Assembly: GCF_051097895.1 (NCBI RefSeq)
Contig: NZ_CP142525.1
Coordinates: 960,001-992,000 of the forward strand
Length of the DNA: 32,000 nucleotides
Origin: Psychrobacter sp. HD31
GTDB taxonomy: Bacteria > Pseudomonadota > Gammaproteobacteria > Pseudomonadales > Moraxellaceae
Direction: 5' to 3'
This document shows, piece by piece, positions 26,819 to 32,000 of this stretch. The position numbers were made by a program, and so were the translations under genes. Position 1 is the first letter of the stretch; the number at the start of each line of letters is the position of its first letter. The notes beneath the pieces are model-generated. The model saw only the letters and a list, made by a program, of their open reading frames with translations, was not told the origin of the DNA and ran no database searches.

Positions 26819-27085
26819 ATGAAGTACATTCATCTCGATACAGACGTAAAATTAAGTAAAGAGCTTACCAAAACGGTTAAGCTTTCTGACAAAGAGTTTT
26901 TAGTCGCATCTGATTCTGCTAATAAAACGGCAGAGGCAGATGAATTAATGACTAACAGCCAGCCATTTGTCAAACGTCCAGCAGCTCATGCCAATGCAAT
27001 TGCCAGCTTACCTTGGCATGTTATTAAACCTGCTTTGTTCTTTTTATCTGGTTTAATACTAATGATTTTTTGGTTTCATGGTTAA
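26819..27085 (+). CDS. Hypothetical small tail-anchored membrane protein (88 aa)
   Basis: ATG start 47 nt after the preceding stop. A hydrophilic N-terminal ~65 aa is followed by one C-terminal TM helix (ALFFLSGLILMIFWF). No recognisable family. Confidence 0.5.
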   Translation: MKYIHLDTDVKLSKELTKTVKLSDKEFLVASDSANKTAEADELMTNSQPFVKRPAAHANAIASLPWHVIKPALFFLSGLILMIFWFHG

Positions 27086-27119
27086 TTGGCTAATGTTTTT
27101 CAAACAACACATTAGCCAA
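27086..27119 (+). terminator. Hairpin immediately after the 88-aa ORF
   Basis: TTGGCTAATGT (27086-27096) pairs with ACATTAGCCAA (27109-27119), an 11-bp stem with a 12-nt loop. The downstream sequence is C/T-rich rather than a clean T-tract. Confidence 0.4.
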
Positions 27120-27180
27120 CCCCCTTTCCTACCTTTTTATTATTTTTAACGCTTTATTTATTCAAGTCTTTTAAAACGCT

Positions 27181-27573
27181 TTAACCAACCAAGTTAGTCT
27201 TTAATAAAATACCCGTCAGCAATTCTTTTTGTTCATCACTTACTCGTGCCATACGCAATGCCATCAGCTGCGACATATCGCCTAAAACTTTAATGTCTCC
27301 TTCAATAAAAGCTTGCATTGCCATACCTGTATCCATTTTTTTGATAATAGAAACTAGCAGTTGAAGTGGCAAAACAACCGTAGTCTCTGCTGACTCATCA
27401 ATACCTTTATGGATCTCACCATGTTTAAAGCACAAGCCAGTATCACAATTTGCATCATTCACCTGTACATTTAAATGTATATTTTGCATGGCAGGTGTTA
27501 AATTTAAATCACCAAACTCATTTGTTTGTTTCGTTACCATGTCAAACCAAGCATCGGTTAAAAATTCTGCCAT
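27181..27573 (-). CDS. SCP2 (sterol-carrier-protein-2)-like domain protein
   Basis: 130 aa. The N-terminal TDAWFD and the C-terminal AMQAFIEGDIKVLGDMSQLMAL resemble the SCP2-fold signature (G-x-l-k-i-e-G-d-m-x-l-a-x-k-l). Confidence 0.65.
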   Translation of the reverse strand: MAEFLTDAWFDMVTKQTNEFGDLNLTPAMQNIHLNVQVNDANCDTGLCFKHGEIHKGIDESAETTVVLPLQLLVSIIKKMDTGMAMQAFIEGDIKVLGDMSQLMALRMARVSDEQKELLTGILLKTNLVG

Positions 27574-27787
27574 TGTTGTTACTCCAAAGTATTAAACATT
27601 TACATCAATTAAAATCATCAAAGTAGTTTATCATATAAATAATCAACAAAATCATAAAAAAGCCTATGGCGAATCTAAATAGCCTAATCAACCAAAGCAT
27701 GGTATACCCCCTTGCTAAGGTTTTTCTTTATCGCTAAACTTGATAAAAGCGACAATAAAACCTTTAATCAATAACAGGAATAGCACA

Positions 27788-28657
27788 GTGACCAATTCAG
27801 CACCTATTATTTGCAGCGTGCAAATGAACTCACAACAAGATGTTGATGCAAACCTTGCTGTGGCAGCGAGGGCTATTGAGCAAGCCAAGCTTAACAATGC
27901 CAGCCTTGTGGTTTTACCAGAAAATTTTGCCAGCATGGGCAGGCAACGCCAAACAGCTGAACGTTTTGATGAGATATCCGATTATTTAGCTAACCTTGCT
28001 AATACTCAACAGCTGTACTTATTAGCTGGGACACTACCCTGCCCTTACCGCCCAAATCAAATAAAAGTAGCTGATGATAAACTACGACAAACCAGTTTGC
28101 TTTTTGCACCCGATGGCACACAAGTCGCCCGTTATGACAAAATACATTTGTTTAAAGCCATGGTAAATGATAACCACGGCAGTTATGATGAGGGACTAAC
28201 TTTTGAGGGTGGGACCCAAACCGTTGTTGCCGCCATCAAGTTACAACAAAAAGTGTATCATTTAGGCATGATGGTTTGTTTTGATTTACGATTCCCTGCC
28301 CTTGCCCAAAACTATCGTCAAGCTGGAGCAAATATTTTAACAGTACCAGCCGCATTTACTTACCAAACTGGCAAAGTACATTGGCAAATGTTGCTGCAAG
28401 CGAGGGCATTGGATAGCCAATGTCTGGTAGTTGGTGCAACTCAGGGTGGTAAACACGCTTATGCTGATGGATCAACAAGAGAAACTTGGGGGCATAGTAC
28501 AATTGTAAATGCCAATGGGCAAGTGTTAAGCACGCACAATAGCTGTGATGTTGAGCCAGATAAAGGCTATGAGTTGGTTTTTGCGCCTTTTGATAGTGTT
28601 TACCAAGGTGAAGTGCGAGAAAAACTACCCATTTTTAATTGCCATCGGTTAGCTTAG
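27788..28657 (+). CDS. Carbon-nitrogen hydrolase family protein (nitrilase/amidase superfamily)
   Basis: The catalytic-triad contexts VVLPENF (Glu), YDKIHLF (Lys) and MMVCFDLRFP (Cys) are all present. I placed the start at GTG 27788 with AGGAA upstream, but the start is uncertain (TTG 27740 in the track). Confidence 0.85.
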   Translation: MTNSAPIICSVQMNSQQDVDANLAVAARAIEQAKLNNASLVVLPENFASMGRQRQTAERFDEISDYLANLANTQQLYLLAGTLPCPYRPNQIKVADDKLRQTSLLFAPDGTQVARYDKIHLFKAMVNDNHGSYDEGLTFEGGTQTVVAAIKLQQKVYHLGMMVCFDLRFPALAQNYRQAGANILTVPAAFTYQTGKVHWQMLLQARALDSQCLVVGATQGGKHAYADGSTRETWGHSTIVNANGQVLSTHNSCDVEPDKGYELVFAPFDSVYQGEVREKLPIFNCHRLA

Positions 28658-28717
28658 CCTAAGTTTTGATAAAATCCACTTCTTCTATTTATCCTTAAAC
28701 AACCAAATAAAAAAGCG

Positions 28718-29698
28718 TTAATACCGCTTATCTTTGGTCTGTTTTGCAGCCATTCTAGACCTAGGGTGGCTATTATCATAAATCTGCGTTAATCGCTCAA
28801 AATCAACCTGTGTATAAATTTGCGTTGTGCTAATATCACTATGCCCTAACATCTCCTGTACTGCTCGCAAATCACCACTACCAGATAACATATGCGAAGC
28901 AAAACAATGCCTAAGCAAATGTGGATGCAAATTTTGAGCAATGCCAGCACGCTTAGCACACACTTTTAGCCTTTGCTGTACGGCACGCGTCGAAAGCCTT
29001 GTGCCAAGCTTTTCGCTAATAAATAATGCCATATCCGCTTGCTCTACCCACAAGTAACGATGGGGCAAATACATCTCAATTGCCTGTATCGACTTTTGTG
29101 TCATTGGTACAATACGGGTTTTATTACCCTTACCCACCACACGCACCTGCTTTTGGCTAACATCAATGTCCGTCACATCTATCGCCACCAACTCGCTTAC
29201 TCGTAAACCGCTGCCATATAGCAACTCAAACATTGCCTTATCACGTATCCACAACCTTGCTTGTTCTGGGTCTTCTGGCAGCGGTTGCTCTAATAACTGG
29301 GTTAACACATCAATATCAGCAATATTTGGTAAAGCCCTTGCGGGTTGTTTCAGCTGATAACCCGTTGTTGGATTAATCTTTGCTTGCCCTTGTTCAATCA
29401 AATACGCATAAAACTGACGAATGGCAGATAGCTCCTGCTGAACACTGGCAATAGAGAGCGCATCAACTTCTAACCGATTACTAATATGACGAGACAACAA
29501 ACGTTTATCGCATTGTGCCCAATTAAGCGTTTTTGTTAGACTTTGACGCTCTAAAAACTGAGCTAAATGGGTGACAGCAAGCTTATATGCTTGCAATGTA
29601 TGAGATGAAAAATTTTGCACCATCAACGCACCTTGCCACTGATTAATTGGCAAAGCAAGATTTGCAGATAAAGTAGCTGGCTGTGTTTGTTCACTCAT
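28718..29698 (-). CDS. xerC: Tyrosine site-specific recombinase XerC
   Basis: Catalytic residues sit in GLRVSELV (Arg), HPHLLRHCFASH (His-x-x-Arg) and LGHSDISTTQIYTQV (His, Tyr). The classical position next to dapF favours XerC over XerD. Confidence 0.88.
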   Translation of the reverse strand: MSEQTQPATLSANLALPINQWQGALMVQNFSSHTLQAYKLAVTHLAQFLERQSLTKTLNWAQCDKRLLSRHISNRLEVDALSIASVQQELSAIRQFYAYLIEQGQAKINPTTGYQLKQPARALPNIADIDVLTQLLEQPLPEDPEQARLWIRDKAMFELLYGSGLRVSELVAIDVTDIDVSQKQVRVVGKGNKTRIVPMTQKSIQAIEMYLPHRYLWVEQADMALFISEKLGTRLSTRAVQQRLKVCAKRAGIAQNLHPHLLRHCFASHMLSGSGDLRAVQEMLGHSDISTTQIYTQVDFERLTQIYDNSHPRSRMAAKQTKDKRY

Positions 29699-29825
29699 AA
29701 AAGGGTGTCGCTTAATTGCTAGGTTTATTTAAAAAAAGCCGTGAACACCGGCTCACGACCACTTTTTAAAACATAATAATTTTTTTATTAACATTATTAA
29801 TATTGGGAGGAAAACTAATGGCAAA

Positions 29826-30722
29826 TTACGCCTGCGGTTGAGGTTGCGCTGGTTTAATACCTGCCTGTGCCATTAAACCATCTGGGCTAAATACCCCTTC
29901 AAACACAAACGATGCTGGTCCTGTCATCATAACGCTATAGCCATCTTGCCATTTAATCAATAAGCTACCACCATACAATTGTGCGCGTACTTCTTCGCCT
30001 TCATCTAACCAGCCTTCACGCACGCCAACGGCAACGGCAGCACATGCCCCTGTACCACAAGCTTGCGTTTCACCTACCCCACGCTCATAAACTCTTAAAC
30101 GGATATGACGTTGGTTCATGACTTGCACAAAACCTACATTCACATTTTCAGGGAAGGCTTCGTGCGATTCAATCGCTTTACCCAACTCTTCTACATCGGC
30201 TTCTAAAATGTCATCTACTTTAATTACCGCATGTGGGTTACCCATATTTGCAACATAAAGACGTACTGGTTTACCATTGACATCTAAATTATAAGCATTT
30301 TGGATTTTAGTAATCGCCTTAGGTGCAAACGGTATTTCTTCTGGTTCAAATTTTGGTTTGCCCATATCTGCCTGCACCCATCCATACTGGTCTGTGCTTA
30401 AGCTAATCACTCCACCAGCTGTTTCTACATTTAGGCGTTGTTTAAAAGTCAGTTTACGTGCCTGTACAAACCTGGCAAAGCATCTTGCACCATTTCCACA
30501 TTGCTCCACTTCGCCACCATTGGCATTATAAATACGGTATCTAAAATCTACATCCGGTCTGCTTGGTGGCTCTACCACTAACAATTGGTCAAACCCTACA
30601 CCCAAATTACGATCGGCTAGCAATTTTATTAATTCTGGTGTTAAATCTAATCGCTGAGTAACCAGGTCAATCACCATAAAGTCATTGCCCAGTCCGTGCA
30701 TTTTAGTAAATTCTATTAACAT
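29826..30722 (-). CDS. dapF: Diaminopimelate epimerase
   Basis: FTKMHGLGNDFMVID, QCGNGARCFARF, MGNPHAV and ETQACGTGACA contain both catalytic Cys motifs and are collinear with E. coli DapF. There is a short P/Q-rich C-terminal tail. Confidence 0.96.
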   Translation of the reverse strand: MLIEFTKMHGLGNDFMVIDLVTQRLDLTPELIKLLADRNLGVGFDQLLVVEPPSRPDVDFRYRIYNANGGEVEQCGNGARCFARFVQARKLTFKQRLNVETAGGVISLSTDQYGWVQADMGKPKFEPEEIPFAPKAITKIQNAYNLDVNGKPVRLYVANMGNPHAVIKVDDILEADVEELGKAIESHEAFPENVNVGFVQVMNQRHIRLRVYERGVGETQACGTGACAAVAVGVREGWLDEGEEVRAQLYGGSLLIKWQDGYSVMMTGPASFVFEGVFSPDGLMAQAGIKPAQPQPQA

Positions 30723-30814
30723 GGTTGTCCCTTATAATCTTTGTTTATAGTGCTATCTTATCATGCTATTGTGCTTAATGATAACCTGATGTCAAATAGT
30801 TTGAGGCAGTTGAT

Positions 30815-30850
30815 AAAAAACCTCATTTAACTATTGCCAAATGAGGTTTT
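30815..30850 (-). terminator. Intrinsic terminator after lysA
   Basis: A 12-bp stem (AAAACCTCATTT 30817-30828 pairing with AAATGAGGTTTT 30839-30850) reads on the minus strand as a hairpin followed by a T-run. It lies 30 nt below the lysA stop. Confidence 0.7.
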
Positions 30851-30880
30851 ATTTAAATTCGGACGATTAAATTTGCAGAC

Positions 30881-32000
30881 TTACCAGACAACTTCGTTCG
30901 CAAAAAGCTGTTCAATACATTCACGCTTACGCACAACTTTATGTTCACTACCTTGAATCATAACCTCAGCAGCGCGTGTGCGGGTATTATAGTTGCTACT
31001 CATAGTAAAGCCATAGGCACCGGCACCCGTCATTGCCAGTACATCACCTTTTTGCAAGTTAAGTAGGCGGTTTTTAGCTAAAAAGTCACCCGTCTCACAC
31101 ACAGCACCAACGATATCCCAACTTTTGTTTGCTACAGCGTTCTCTTCACTTAGCGTAGCTGGGTTTAATTTGGTTGGAATCATTGCCATTTCTGCCTGAT
31201 ACAGTGCTGGGCGGATTAAATCGTTCATAGCCGCATCTACAATAGCAAAGTTTTTATGCTCACTCGGTTTTAGTACATCCACTTTGGTTAACAAAACACC
31301 AGCATTTGCAACAATACTACGCCCAGGCTCTAGCATCAGCTGTAAACCCAACTGTTTAACTTTTGGCACAATCAGCGCAATAAGCTCGGCAATCGAGTCT
31401 ACTTGCTCATCAATGTATTGCACACCCAAACCACCACCAAGGTCTATGTGTTTAAGTGTGATACCGTTTTGAGTTAACTCATCAATTAACTCAATCAGTT
31501 TGTCTAAAGCGGCAACAAATGGCTCAGTTTGGGTCAGTTGTGAACCAATATGGCAGTCTATACCAACAATGTTAAGATGGCTAAGCTGCTGAGCCGTCTT
31601 ATAGGTGTCGACCGCTTGTTCATGCGTAATACCAAACTTATTGTCTTTAAGCCCAGTCGAGATATAAGGGTGTGTTTTTGCATCCACATTAGGATTAACA
31701 CGTAAAGAGATATTTGCCAGTTTATCAAGCTTTTTGGCAACGTCATTAATGGTACTCAGCTCGGCAACCGATTCAACATTAAAGCAACCAACGCCTTTTT
31801 CTAAAGCATATTCAATATCCTGATTGGTTTTGCCTACCCCAGAATAAACCACTTTTTTAGCATCGCCTCCAGCTGCCAAAACTCTTGCTAACTCTCCAAT
31901 TGAAACAATATCAAACCCAGCACCCTCTTTAGCTAAGGTGCTCAGCACGGCAAGGTTTGAGTTGGCTTTTACCGCATAACAAACTTGATGGTCAACCTCT
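30881..32000 (-). CDS. lysA: Diaminopimelate decarboxylase (N-terminus outside window)
   Basis: The minus-strand frame stays open to the window edge (EVDHQVCYAVKANSNLAVLSTLAKEGAGFDIVS). The PLP-lysine context AVKAN, HIGSQ, GGGLGV and EPGRSIVA are fold-type III decarboxylase motifs. Confidence 0.94.
   Translation of the reverse strand, partial: EVDHQVCYAVKANSNLAVLSTLAKEGAGFDIVSIGELARVLAAGGDAKKVVYSGVGKTNQDIEYALEKGVGCFNVESVAELSTINDVAKKLDKLANISLRVNPNVDAKTHPYISTGLKDNKFGITHEQAVDTYKTAQQLSHLNIVGIDCHIGSQLTQTEPFVAALDKLIELIDELTQNGITLKHIDLGGGLGVQYIDEQVDSIAELIALIVPKVKQLGLQLMLEPGRSIVANAGVLLTKVDVLKPSEHKNFAIVDAAMNDLIRPALYQAEMAMIPTKLNPATLSEENAVANKSWDIVGAVCETGDFLAKNRLLNLQKGDVLAMTGAGAYGFTMSSNYNTRTRAAEVMIQGSEHKVVRKRECIEQLFANEVVW

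Noticed and set aside
28718-29698. Tyrosine recombinase as a possible integrase marking a genomic island
   Set aside because: It has the full XerC catalytic set and sits in the classical lysA-dapF-xerC housekeeping context. There is no tRNA, direct-repeat att sites or cargo genes nearby.

Overview
This is a visibly AT-rich gammaproteobacterial chromosomal segment. Gene content and order (cysI-DUF934-cysH-cysG, one lolC/E-type permease next to lolD, lysA-dapF-xerC) suggest a Pseudomonadales/Moraxellaceae-like organism, but that is inference only. Most of the window is densely packed housekeeping DNA. It holds a 5'-truncated acyl-CoA synthetase, an MFS transporter, metK, ppa, lipB, mtgA, lldP and lldD. 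It also holds ssb, an assimilatory sulfate-reduction cluster (cysI, DUF934, cysH, cysG) followed by fpr and a convergent 7Fe ferredoxin, and a DUF2062 membrane protein. The rest is lolD plus one lolC/E-type permease, an SCP2-like protein, a carbon-nitrogen hydrolase, xerC, dapF and a 5'-truncated lysA. I saw no tRNA or rRNA genes, CRISPR arrays, transposases or phage genes. Several clean stem-loops sit at gene ends and look like intrinsic terminators. The least ordinary locus is 19.7-23.3 kb. There an OmpR-family response regulator and a QseC/PmrB-like histidine kinase are split by a gene for a secreted, strongly acidic protein made of two homologous ~145-aa modules. Near-identical direct-repeat boxes precede the regulator gene and the secreted-protein gene, and a GNRA-loop terminator hairpin sits just before the kinase gene. 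The second unusual locus is 25.36-27.1 kb. It is a 468-bp intergenic region with two exact and one near-exact DnaA box, followed by two ORFs (315 aa and 88 aa) that I cannot assign to any family. All family names come from reading the translations and from memory. No database search was run.
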